Shown piece by piece: positions 30,283 to 39,246 of a stretch of 61,839 nucleotides of DNA. Source of the DNA: a virus (lineage: Duplodnaviria > Caudoviricetes); the IMG/VR virus record IMGVR_UViG_3300021185_002489, positions 1 to 61,839 of that record; one strand, given 5' to 3'. Position numbers and translations under genes: made by a program. Each line of letters starts with the position of its first letter. Within the stretch, counting starts at the first letter, position 1. The notes below the pieces were generated by a model. That model was not told the origin of the DNA. It searched no databases and saw nothing but the letters and a program-made list of their open reading frames with translations.

Positions 30283-32025
30283 TTATCCATCACAAGATAT
30301 GCAGTTAGGATCCATTGCTTGTGCAGCTATATCGCCGCGAAGCACTGATTCTGTCCTCATATAATATAATGTTTTTACTCCTCTTTTCCAAGCTTCAAAG
30401 TGAACCTGATTAATCCATCTAGGTTCTGCTTCCGAAGGGAAAGCTAAATTAAGCGATACCGACTGATCTATATAATCTTGTCGTATACCTGCTTGACCAA
30501 CCAATTCTAATTGGTTTATTTCTTTAAATGTTTTAAATACATTTTTTACTGATTCACCTTCTTCTTGAGTTAGTCTTCCGAGGTGGTCGTAAAACCATCC
30601 ATCGAGTTCTTTAATTCCTTGAACGGATCCACCATCTTCCAAAATTTTATCCCAAGTTTCTTTGGTATCAATACCAACTTTCTTAAGTACTTTTTTAAGT
30701 TCATTATTTTTACGTATAAATGTTCCTTTAGCTGATTGCTCTGTGAACACGTTAGCAGCCCAAGGCTCAATTCCAGGAGATGTATTTCCACTAAGCTTAC
30801 TATTAGAGACAGTAGGGGCCACAGACCGAAGATGAGTGTTACGCATACCAGTACCAACACACCATAACGGCTCCCCATATATTTCTGCAAGCTTTCTCGA
30901 TGCTCTTTCAGACTCAATCTTAATTTTACTAAAAATTTCACGTGTTTTAAATTGTGCTAATAAACCTTCAAAAGCAATTCCTTTTTGCTGCAACAAGGTA
31001 TGCCAACCTAAAACACCTAAGCCTATAGCTCTACCTTTTTCAGCGCTACGTATAGCATTCTCGAAGCCTTTCATGTTTTTAGCTTTTTGTATAAACTCTT
31101 CCATAACGCCATCTAAAAACCACGTAGCATCATAGATAAGATTAGAATCTTTCCATTCATCATACTTTGCTAAGTTTAAAGAAGATAAGCAACAAACAAA
31201 ACTGTGTGACTCATCTGTATGCAATGTTATTTCACTGCATATGTTAGTCATATGTACTTTTAAGCTATTGCTTTTGTAAGCTGGAGGATTAGCCTTGTTT
31301 GTATTTCCTTTAAAGAGGATATACGGTTCCCCAGTAGCTTTACGTTTTTGGAGTAGCTTGGACCATTTTTGCCTAGCTTCTTGATCTCCGTTCTCGAGGC
31401 TTCGCATAAACTTATCACCAATGACAGCACACTGATGTAAGTTAAGTGATTGCCTGTTGACATCTCCTTTAGGTTCTCTAATTTCCAACCATTCATCAAA
31501 ATCAGGGTGTTCGATATTGAGATTAACGGATGCAGCCCCTCTTCGTACTGATCCTTGATTGGTCGCGAGTATAGTTGAGTCATAGATTTTGCAAAAAGGG
31601 ACAACTCCGTCTGATGTTCCATTACCTGTAATTTTAGCTCCGGCGGGTCTTATCATATTAATGCCTATACCTACACCCCCACCGTGTTTTGCAAGCAGCA
31701 TCATTTCTAAATTCTTTTGTCCAATATCATTTATGCTGTCTGCTACGTCAATACCAAAACAACTTATAGGTAAACCTCGATCTGTACCCGTATTAGACAA
31801 CACAGGAGAGGCTAAACAGAGCCAACCCTTCCATATATATTCAAAAAACTTTTCAGCTAGTTCTGGCTTGTATAAACGCCTCGCTACTGAATTAGATACA
31901 CGCCAATAAGCATCTCTAGGTGATTCTCCTAAAAGTAAATAACCACCTGTTATAGTTTTTTTATAAACCTCAGTGTCTCCCCATGTTGGGTAATCCTTAC
32001 CCTTTTTCCATTCATTATTCCACAT
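30283..32025 (-). CDS. nrdA: Ribonucleotide reductase class I alpha subunit (short, no ATP cone)
   Basis: PISCF, TNICSEI, APTVSNS and KTLYYMR motifs; C-terminal CISCDG. Confidence 0.95.
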   Translation of the reverse strand: MWNNEWKKGKDYPTWGDTEVYKKTITGGYLLLGESPRDAYWRVSNSVARRLYKPELAEKFFEYIWKGWLCLASPVLSNTGTDRGLPISCFGIDVADSINDIGQKNLEMMLLAKHGGGVGIGINMIRPAGAKITGNGTSDGVVPFCKIYDSTILATNQGSVRRGAASVNLNIEHPDFDEWLEIREPKGDVNRQSLNLHQCAVIGDKFMRSLENGDQEARQKWSKLLQKRKATGEPYILFKGNTNKANPPAYKSNSLKVHMTNICSEITLHTDESHSFVCCLSSLNLAKYDEWKDSNLIYDATWFLDGVMEEFIQKAKNMKGFENAIRSAEKGRAIGLGVLGWHTLLQQKGIAFEGLLAQFKTREIFSKIKIESERASRKLAEIYGEPLWCVGTGMRNTHLRSVAPTVSNSKLSGNTSPGIEPWAANVFTEQSAKGTFIRKNNELKKVLKKVGIDTKETWDKILEDGGSVQGIKELDGWFYDHLGRLTQEEGESVKNVFKTFKEINQLELVGQAGIRQDYIDQSVSLNLAFPSEAEPRWINQVHFEAWKRGVKTLYYMRTESVLRGDIAAQAMDPNCISCDG

Positions 32026-32375
32026 TATAAATTATATAAATAAATTAAGTAACCTATCGCTACATTTAAATTTACAGCCACAAGGTTCCATTGTTTTAAA
32101 ATAAAAACTTGAGGCGTTAGTAATACACCTGCTATTACATATGTTACCGCTCCCATGTTTCCATGACTTAGCAGATGTGGGGACATCATCATAAAAGCTG
32201 TCCCCATATATCCTAATCTAAATGCTAGTCTTTCTTTAGCTGTTAGTCTTTTATCTTGAACTAAACTCCTCAAGAATCTTTGCTTCCATCTATATTCGCA
32301 CTTTTTACAAGTACGCTTGCCATATCTAAACTTAGATACTTTTCTTTCTTTACTGCATTTATTACATTTTCTCAT
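32025..32375 (-). CDS. Zn-ribbon plus membrane protein
   Basis: CNKC...CKKC followed by three hydrophobic segments; coupled between nrdB and nrdA. Confidence 0.55.
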   Translation of the reverse strand: MRKCNKCSKERKVSKFRYGKRTCKKCEYRWKQRFLRSLVQDKRLTAKERLAFRLGYMGTAFMMMSPHLLSHGNMGAVTYVIAGVLLTPQVFILKQWNLVAVNLNVAIGYLIYLYNL

Positions 32376-33344
32376 TTACCAAATATCTTCAAAATCTTCT
32401 CCTTCATTCGCTTTAGAATAGTCCGTGGGACGTACAGCAAAAAAGTCAGTATGAGTGTGGCCACCAGTGAGATGGTAAAACCAGTCGAGCCTACTTGCGG
32501 CTGCTTCTTCAAATTTAAAGTATCCCCCGAGGTCGAAGTAACCAAGTTCTTGTAATTTTTCATTAAGTCTTTTTCTAATAAATTGTTTGAGATCGTAGGC
32601 TTTAATACCTTCAACGTCTCCTGATTCAAACATTTTGTCAATATAGTTTTCTTCGGCTTTAAGCATTGTTGTTGCTGCTGCAATAATATCTTCTCTGCAA
32701 TCATCTAAAAGTTTGTCATCTTCTTCACACATGTGCCTAAACAATTTGCATCCCATTTTAGAATGTAATGATTCATCTCGTACAGACCATTTCATTTGTT
32801 GACCAACACCTTTTAATAAATTCCTTAACTGAAAAGAATATAATACCGCAAAAGCAGAATATAAACTAACTCCTTCAGCAAAAGCACTAAACACAGCCAG
32901 CGATTTTCCAATACCAACTTTATCAGTTCCTTCATAGCTTACTAAATTATTAAACCGTTTCATTGTAGCATCATCCTGTAGAAAAGCTTCAAAGTTTTCA
33001 AGGCCAAGTGTTTCATTTAAATAACTATAAGCTACTGCATGAATTGTTTCTTGTGAACCGAACATCATAGCCATTTGTTGAATTTCGTGTTTAGGAAACC
33101 AACTAACTACTTTTTGCGTCCAGTAATCCGAAACTGCGCACTCCGTCTGAGCAAAGCCCAGTAAGATATTTCCAACCAGGTTTTTTTCTGGGATCGTAAG
33201 CTTTTCGTTCCAATCCTTGACGTCACCTGACATTGGTATCTCGGTATGTAGCCAGAATGCTTGAGCTTGTTTAAGCCATCCCTCAGTATAGTATTCGGGA
33301 TATTCAAATGGTTTGTACGGTATTCTTTCATCAAATAGACTCAT
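32376..33344 (-). CDS. nrdB: Ribonucleotide reductase class I beta subunit
   Basis: ETIHAVAY, EGVSLYSAF, RDESLH and TDFF motifs. Confidence 0.95.
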   Translation of the reverse strand: MSLFDERIPYKPFEYPEYYTEGWLKQAQAFWLHTEIPMSGDVKDWNEKLTIPEKNLVGNILLGFAQTECAVSDYWTQKVVSWFPKHEIQQMAMMFGSQETIHAVAYSYLNETLGLENFEAFLQDDATMKRFNNLVSYEGTDKVGIGKSLAVFSAFAEGVSLYSAFAVLYSFQLRNLLKGVGQQMKWSVRDESLHSKMGCKLFRHMCEEDDKLLDDCREDIIAAATTMLKAEENYIDKMFESGDVEGIKAYDLKQFIRKRLNEKLQELGYFDLGGYFKFEEAAASRLDWFYHLTGGHTHTDFFAVRPTDYSKANEGEDFEDIW

Positions 33345-33542
33345 TTATTTATCTTTTTCTTTTGCAGTTAAACTTTCTTTTAATTTATCTAATGCCAATT
33401 GATAATCAGGAAACTCTTTAATTAATTCCATGGTACCTATTGATAAATCTTTAAGATTAGTTAACTCCTGCACAACCCTATTCATAGCTGATCCTAAAGT
33501 GTCTATTTTATTAGACATTTCTATTAATTTATTTTCTTTCAT
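33345..33542 (-). CDS. Hypothetical protein
   Basis: ORF packed in the operon. Confidence 0.55.
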   Translation of the reverse strand: MKENKLIEMSNKIDTLGSAMNRVVQELTNLKDLSIGTMELIKEFPDYQLALDKLKESLTAKEKDK

Positions 33543-33691
33543 ATAAATGATTTTTTAGATAAAAAAACTGGAGATTTATCTTTAGCATAAGCGATATAAT
33601 GGTTTTCTCTTTCTTCTACTATAATAGGTTCTCCCTTTTTAAATCTTGTTGGATATTGTTTTAATACGTAATCTTTAATTTTTTCATTCAT
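33539..33691 (-). CDS. Hypothetical protein (50 aa)
   Basis: Read manually: MNEKIKDYVLKQYP...; ATGA overlap with the next gene. Confidence 0.45.
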   Translation of the reverse strand: MNEKIKDYVLKQYPTRFKKGEPIIVEERENHYIAYAKDKSPVFLSKKSFI

Positions 33692-33821
33692 AATAAACTG
33701 TTAATACTAATTCAATAAAAGGTAAATATAAAACATGCTCTGTAAACAATGTCTCTGGATAGCTTCTTAAACCTATAAGAATACCAGGATATAATCCTAT
33801 GCTAACTTCCCATCCGGTCAT
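33684..33821 (-). CDS. Hypothetical protein (45 aa)
   Basis: Read manually: MTGWEVSIGLYPGILIGLRSY...HVLYLPFIE. Confidence 0.45.
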   Translation of the reverse strand: MTGWEVSIGLYPGILIGLRSYPETLFTEHVLYLPFIELVLTVYYE

Positions 33822-34003
33822 GATTTTTGTTCTAAATAATAATTAAGCATTTTCATATGGAAAGATATTCTTTCCTTATAGTGATTACGTAGTGTAAAAC
33901 CCGTGTCCTCTTGCGATTCTGTCAATTTCTGTGTATTTAATTCCACCTTCTTGTTTTTTAATGTATTGTTTAATGTCTCTTTCTAAAACTCTTCTTGTGT
34001 ACA

Positions 34004-34462
34004 TTAACCTCGATTTCTTTTTCTGTTCTCTTTGATCAGCATCACCGTCCGGTCTACTTCCTTCTGGTTTTGCGGCTTGTAAAGCGTCTTTCCAATCTTG
34101 TTTTTCGTAAGCCATAATTTAAATAATTTCCATCTTAAAGGGAAGGACTCATTAGCCCTTCCTTTACATTCTATTATATAGTCTTTTCCAACGAAGTCAG
34201 GTGTATACTTAATTCCCAGGATTTTTTTTTGCCCTCTGTTAATATATTCACCTTTCCCATTTGATTGTTTTTCGTAAGATTCATTGTTAAAATTAAATCC
34301 CTCGATAAGCTGGAAAACTTCATTTTCATATCCTTCAAATAGTTTTTCTTTCTTAAGTGCCATATAAGTATATCGCTCCAAACCTGACGCAAAGTTTATT
34401 CCGTCGTAAGATATTTTTTTAGCCTGTACTGGCCCTCGCTTTTTACTACGCTTTTTTACCAT
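34004..34462 (-). CDS. PD-(D/E)XK endonuclease (T7 endonuclease I-like resolvase)
   Basis: FASGLE...YTPDF...IIECKG motifs. Confidence 0.75.
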   Translation of the reverse strand: MVKKRSKKRGPVQAKKISYDGINFASGLERYTYMALKKEKLFEGYENEVFQLIEGFNFNNESYEKQSNGKGEYINRGQKKILGIKYTPDFVGKDYIIECKGRANESFPLRWKLFKLWLTKNKIGKTLYKPQNQKEVDRTVMLIKENRKRNRG

Positions 34463-34740
34463 GTCTTATCTGTGGTCCATTGATAATCTGGATCAGCATG
34501 CTTGCTAAAGCTATCAGCTTCTTCATAATCTTTAAGAATCTTTTCTTCAAGAGCATCACTTGTTTCCATCTTTAATTTTTCAATATAATTAATTGCATCC
34601 ATTAATTCTTCTTGCAAATGATTTAGCCATTTATGTAAGCTAGGTTCATCATCATGAAGTGTAACACCATATTTTTTATATCCTACGTCGCTTCGTTCTT
34701 TGAACTTATCAACTACTTGCTCAATTATTTTATCACGCAT
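34456..34740 (-). CDS. Small all-alpha protein, possibly nucleotide pyrophosphohydrolase-like
   Basis: GYKKYG...HLQEELMDAINY. Confidence 0.5.
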   Translation of the reverse strand: MRDKIIEQVVDKFKERSDVGYKKYGVTLHDDEPSLHKWLNHLQEELMDAINYIEKLKMETSDALEEKILKDYEEADSFSKHADPDYQWTTDKTW

Positions 34741-35527
34741 CTTTTACAAATGTTCCATTAACCATTTTACCCGTACGTTCAGCTATTACTTGATAAGCTG
34801 AATCTATACAGTCTTCAATATTATATCCTTTAAGTTTAGCTAAGTTTGTTAAAACAACAACCATATCTCCTATAGCATCTATAATCTCAGGCTCATCATT
34901 CTTTAGTATAGCTTGAGCTAATTCGCCAGCTTCCTCCATAAGCTTAACATATTGAGTTCTTACATCACCGGTTTTATATATACCCTTTTCTTTAGCCCAT
35001 TCTCTAATCAATTCAAATTGATCTTGATGTGAGTATAACTTTTCTTTGGTTTTTTGAAACGGTCCTGACGCATGCATTGCTTTGTTATATACAAAACTAC
35101 GACTCTTATTGAACATAGACTCTTTAACGTTATCTACTATCCAATCTATTTTATCTGTTGAATCTATTTTAACCACACCATAAGGTGTTTCCCATTCAAG
35201 ATCACCTAAAAACCCACCATCAATATCATTTTTAGATATTGCAAAGGTTGTAGTTTGATCCGTTACATTAACTTGTTTACTCATAGGTTTTTCAAATAAT
35301 TTATCGTAAGGTTTTATATCGACCTTATATCCTAAGTCTTTTTGCAACTGTCTCTCTGCGTTAGCAGCTTCTTTTATATCATCTGTTTCAAATAATATAT
35401 CATATTCACCAGGTTTAAAACCCTGCTCTTCTACAACTCTTTTTTGTATATTAGTTGTGCAGCCTATCTTCTTACCTAGTATGTGATAAACTTTATATTT
35501 GCCTTTGCTTACTGCTGAAACTCCCAT
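34733..35527 (-). CDS. mazG: MazG-like NTP pyrophosphohydrolase with a GIY-YIG-like N-terminal domain
   Basis: KLMEEAGELA...DAIGDMVV...IAERTGKMVNGTFVK; N-terminal YKVYH...KIGCTTNIQKR. Confidence 0.75.
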   Translation of the reverse strand: MGVSAVSKGKYKVYHILGKKIGCTTNIQKRVVEEQGFKPGEYDILFETDDIKEAANAERQLQKDLGYKVDIKPYDKLFEKPMSKQVNVTDQTTTFAISKNDIDGGFLGDLEWETPYGVVKIDSTDKIDWIVDNVKESMFNKSRSFVYNKAMHASGPFQKTKEKLYSHQDQFELIREWAKEKGIYKTGDVRTQYVKLMEEAGELAQAILKNDEPEIIDAIGDMVVVLTNLAKLKGYNIEDCIDSAYQVIAERTGKMVNGTFVKDA

Positions 35528-35865
35528 CTTACTATATAATATTTGTTATCTTTACCTCTAAGCAATGCATCTCTTTTTATTTCACCTGGTCTAATCATAT
35601 AATCAGATTTCCAATTAGATTCAATAACTGCATCCATATCTGATTCTGATTCAAATGAATCAACAACCTTAGCTCTTAACATTATATTTTGATAATCGCC
35701 CTCGTACCTAGGTAAATAATCAGATGTTGCTATTATCATGCCTTGTTGTACAGGTGTTATATACATATCGTCGGACATGCTAACAAACTGCGAACCTGAA
35801 TAATAAACATAATCAAATTGTGCAAATGTAAATAATGGTAATAATAATAATAATAATGTTCTCAT
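35509..35865 (-). CDS. Secreted protein with a Sec signal peptide
   Basis: MRTLLLLLLPLFTFA-Q. Confidence 0.6.
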   Translation of the reverse strand: MRTLLLLLLPLFTFAQFDYVYYSGSQFVSMSDDMYITPVQQGMIIATSDYLPRYEGDYQNIMLRAKVVDSFESESDMDAVIESNWKSDYMIRPGEIKRDALLRGKDNKYYIVRWEFQQ

Positions 35866-35875
35866 AATTTTAATT

Positions 35876-36697
35876 TTAAGTTCCTACTGATAATTCTGCT
35901 TTTATTGGTTTGTGTGGGTTATAATCAAATAACATTACATCTTCTTTTTTTGGTAATATTAATTTATCGTCTCTTTCAAATATACCACAACCTAACGCAA
36001 CTCTAGGTAATTGTCTTATATTTCTTGAAAGTTGTTCTTTAACTTGATCTAAATGATTGTTGTATATATGACAATCACCTAAACTTATTGTTAATCTTCT
36101 CGGCGTCATCAAAGCTCCTTTAGCTAACATCTTTAATAATAAACCATACATTGCAATATCATATGGTAATCCTAAAAATAAATCTGCTGATCTTTGTTGA
36201 AGCATTAAGTCTAAATTTTCCCCATCGCTATATAATTGAAAAGAGTGGTGGCAAGGAGGAAGAACCATATTAGGCATGTCAATCGGGTTCCATGCAGATA
36301 GCATAATTCTACGAGAGGTGGGATTTTCTTTGAGTTCATGTACCACGGCTCTAAGCTGATCAACACCACCAAAATTACGCCACTGATGCCCATATACAGG
36401 TCCCAGTGTTCCATCAGTTCTTTTTGATCTTTTGTAATCGGGGTCCCAATACCTAACGCCGTTAGAATGAAGATACTCAAGATCAACACGACCGTTAATA
36501 ATCCATAATGTCTCCGCAAGTGCATTTTTAAAATATATTTTTTTAGTTGTTAATAAAGGGAAACCAGCTCGCATATCATGCTGAATCATTCTTCCAAACA
36601 CTGATTTAGTACCCGTACCTGTACGATCTGGCTTATCGTATCCTCCATTTAAAACGCCAGCAAGTAATCCTAAATACTCTTCTTCTATATTAATCAT
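35876..36697 (-). CDS. thyA: Thymidylate synthase
   Basis: DRTGTGT, FPLLTTKK, LGPVYG, LPPCH and QRSADLFLG motifs. Confidence 0.95.
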   Translation of the reverse strand: MINIEEEYLGLLAGVLNGGYDKPDRTGTGTKSVFGRMIQHDMRAGFPLLTTKKIYFKNALAETLWIINGRVDLEYLHSNGVRYWDPDYKRSKRTDGTLGPVYGHQWRNFGGVDQLRAVVHELKENPTSRRIMLSAWNPIDMPNMVLPPCHHSFQLYSDGENLDLMLQQRSADLFLGLPYDIAMYGLLLKMLAKGALMTPRRLTISLGDCHIYNNHLDQVKEQLSRNIRQLPRVALGCGIFERDDKLILPKKEDVMLFDYNPHKPIKAELSVGT

Positions 36698-36969
36698 TGT
36701 TTATCATAATAATATTTACACATTTCAAACATTGCATCCCATATCTGATCCTTATCATATATATGTTTACTTTTATAAACTTTTTTATAATTATCAGGAG
36801 TAGATATACCTACATACCATTTACCAGGAGTGTTTTGTATACCTATTGGGCTTATTATAATATTGTTTTTAACACAATAATCATAATACTTTTGTTGCTC
36901 TTCGCTTGTACTACACTCTGGCAATCTATACTTTTGCTGCTCTTTTTGTCGTTTACTTAAGCTTCCCAT
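36694..36969 (-). CDS. Hypothetical protein
   Basis: ORF overlapping both neighbours. Confidence 0.55.
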   Translation of the reverse strand: MGSLSKRQKEQQKYRLPECSTSEEQQKYYDYCVKNNIIISPIGIQNTPGKWYVGISTPDNYKKVYKSKHIYDKDQIWDAMFEMCKYYYDKQ

Positions 36970-38663
36970 GGCATTTCATTTACAGCTAACTTTTCATGCG
37001 GAACATAATTACCACTTATATGATCCCATTTGAAGTGTGCTTCAGCTTGGTTTTCACCAAGGTTTTGAAATTTAACTTTAAGAACCTTAACTTTAACTGT
37101 TTTATTGTTGTAATCCCTATGAACAAGCAACCCATGATAAGAAGCATCATACCACTCACCACCTCCTTTAATAGAATACATAGTCGGTTCATCAATTGTA
37201 CCATCATCTTTTTTATACATTTTAGTTGGGTGAGCAACTATTATTACTAATACATCATATTTTTTAGCAAATGCCTCTATGCGAGTTAAATATTCCATAG
37301 TAGCATCAGGAATGCTCATCTTTTCAGCACCCTTCATTTTAACTTTATTATAAGGATCAATAACTAAGCATTTAATACCTTTGCGTTTAACAAGCTCAGC
37401 TCCTTTAGCTAAAACGGCATCTAAATCATAACGCTCATTTTCAATAAAATAAAAGTTATCATTAACAACTTCGGTTACCTTATACCATTTGTCAGTATTT
37501 ATATCTTGTTCTGTAGGCATCCAATTACCAATTTTTCTCATTAACTTATGTGCATGCAAAAACGTTGGTTTGTTTTCAGGTGAAGCAAAAGCTGTTTTCC
37601 AACCATATTTTAATTGGTATCCCACCACCATTCGATCAACAAAATCAGACTTCCCACTGCTAGGAACTCCTGTAACGGTGATGAATTGACCTGTGTAAGT
37701 AGAGAATATGCTATCAAAGTTATCAAGGCCGACTTGATACCCAGGTTTAAAACCTTCGTGAATAAATTCTTGTAGTTCATCATTTATATCATTTAAAGTT
37801 AATACATTTTCAAGAGGAACAGGAATAGCTTCATCAACAAGACGCTTGAGCATAACGCCGTCGTAAGCCATAACATATTCATTAGCATCTTTGAGGTCTC
37901 CGAAGCTAAGTGTATAGCATACTTCAGCTCCAAAGCGTCTGATGAGTTCTTGCTGTAAGTTTTGTCCGGCTTCATCTTGGTCGACTGCAATGATAATCTT
38001 TTTCTTGTCATCGAAATACTCAATGCAGTTATCCAGGTAATCAAGGTTAAGGCGATTAAGAGTAGCTCCGTTTGGTACAGAGATAACACTGTCAACCTTA
38101 GCTTCCACAAAAGATAAAGCATCCATCTCGCCTTCCACAATAACAACATACTCATGGCCGACAGTACTATCAATATTATAGAATACTTTTTCTGCCCCTT
38201 TAACAAGTTTAAAATTCTTTCTACCATCTCTATATTTTATATTTATAAGTTCATTATTAATAAAATAATTGAATTGAATTGTATTCTCTTCTTTAGATGT
38301 CTGAGGCATCCATTCGGAACCTTCAGTAATTTTCATTTTAATTAAAGTACGTTGTGATATGCCTCTGCTTTCAAACCACTTAACCGCTTTATCACTTAGC
38401 ATTATATCATTCTTCCACTCTGGTTTTGTATAAACCTTATCTGCTTCTCCTTTACGCTGAAAAGTATGCAGCTGAAAAACTTCATCACAATTCATACAAG
38501 TACCAAGACCACGTTCCCAATCATACATAGCACATTTAGCTTTGCGATTCTCGGGTTTTCTATCAGCAGAACAAAGAGGGCATACACCCTCTTTCTTACC
38601 TGCATCAAGATCATATTGATTGAACTGGTCAATCTTAAAACCATTGATCTCTGTTGTATTCAT
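36957..38663 (-). CDS. Primase-helicase (T7 gp4/Twinkle-like)
   Basis: CPLC...CMNC zinc finger; TOPRIM EGEMD and DQDEAG; Walker A GVPSSGKS; Walker B LVIDP; VAHP. Confidence 0.92.
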   Translation of the reverse strand: MNTTEINGFKIDQFNQYDLDAGKKEGVCPLCSADRKPENRKAKCAMYDWERGLGTCMNCDEVFQLHTFQRKGEADKVYTKPEWKNDIMLSDKAVKWFESRGISQRTLIKMKITEGSEWMPQTSKEENTIQFNYFINNELINIKYRDGRKNFKLVKGAEKVFYNIDSTVGHEYVVIVEGEMDALSFVEAKVDSVISVPNGATLNRLNLDYLDNCIEYFDDKKKIIIAVDQDEAGQNLQQELIRRFGAEVCYTLSFGDLKDANEYVMAYDGVMLKRLVDEAIPVPLENVLTLNDINDELQEFIHEGFKPGYQVGLDNFDSIFSTYTGQFITVTGVPSSGKSDFVDRMVVGYQLKYGWKTAFASPENKPTFLHAHKLMRKIGNWMPTEQDINTDKWYKVTEVVNDNFYFIENERYDLDAVLAKGAELVKRKGIKCLVIDPYNKVKMKGAEKMSIPDATMEYLTRIEAFAKKYDVLVIIVAHPTKMYKKDDGTIDEPTMYSIKGGGEWYDASYHGLLVHRDYNNKTVKVKVLKVKFQNLGENQAEAHFKWDHISGNYVPHEKLAVNEMPWEA

Positions 38664-38734
38664 ATTAATCTTCTATTAAGTTACCATCTCCAGTATCAGA
38701 GATCCAATCGTCGTAATCAGGACATCCTAACATA

Positions 38735-39064
38735 TTAAAATGGTAAATCAGGTTCTGGTGCTGCACCAGTAATAGACTGCAACATATCAACATTAGACTG
38801 TTGAGGTTGTCCCTCTCTTGGTGCAGTGTTTACATTTTGTCCGTTAGTCCAAACAACTTTAACATTACCTAAGTAAGACTTAGCTGCTTTAGCGTCGCGT
38901 TCTTCTTTAGTTTGTTCTGTTTGAATATAACCAGAATCTCCGTACTGTCCAACTTCGTCGTTAACAACTATTGTAATAGGATAGTACTTACCTTTTTTAC
39001 CTTCGTAAATTTTTGACTTATCAATCTTAGTTAAGTCAATGTTTGCTGAAATAATACTTGCCAT
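38735..39064 (-). CDS. Single-stranded DNA-binding protein (putative)
   Basis: OB-fold-like N-terminus and an SSB-type C-terminal DLPF tip. Confidence 0.65.
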   Translation of the reverse strand: MASIISANIDLTKIDKSKIYEGKKGKYYPITIVVNDEVGQYGDSGYIQTEQTKEERDAKAAKSYLGNVKVVWTNGQNVNTAPREGQPQQSNVDMLQSITGAAPEPDLPF

Positions 39065-39231
39065 TAGTATGTAGCTAATTGATTAAACATTCTTCTCATT
39101 TGATCTTTAGTAGCACCTGTAGTTCTACGTAGGTTGTCTACTGCTTTTGTGTGTGATTGATTGTTATAGAAGTTATCAACTCTAGTGTTAACTCCTGTTA
39201 CATCACATACTCTTTTTTTAACTCTTGCCAT
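39064..39231 (-). CDS. Small basic hypothetical protein (55 aa)
   Basis: Read manually: MARVKKRVCDVTG...RRMFNQLATY; TAATG coupling to the SSB gene. Confidence 0.5.
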   Translation of the reverse strand: MARVKKRVCDVTGVNTRVDNFYNNQSHTKAVDNLRRTTGATKDQMRRMFNQLATY

Positions 39232-39246
39232 AATATTAAATTTAAA

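Noticed and set aside
34004-36697. Modified-base (dZ, hmU or 7-deazaguanine) pathway
   Set aside because: ThyA motifs look largely canonical (one usually conserved Asn reads Asp in LPYDIA, worth an alignment), and there is no purZ, que genes, transferase or dedicated polymerase in the window.
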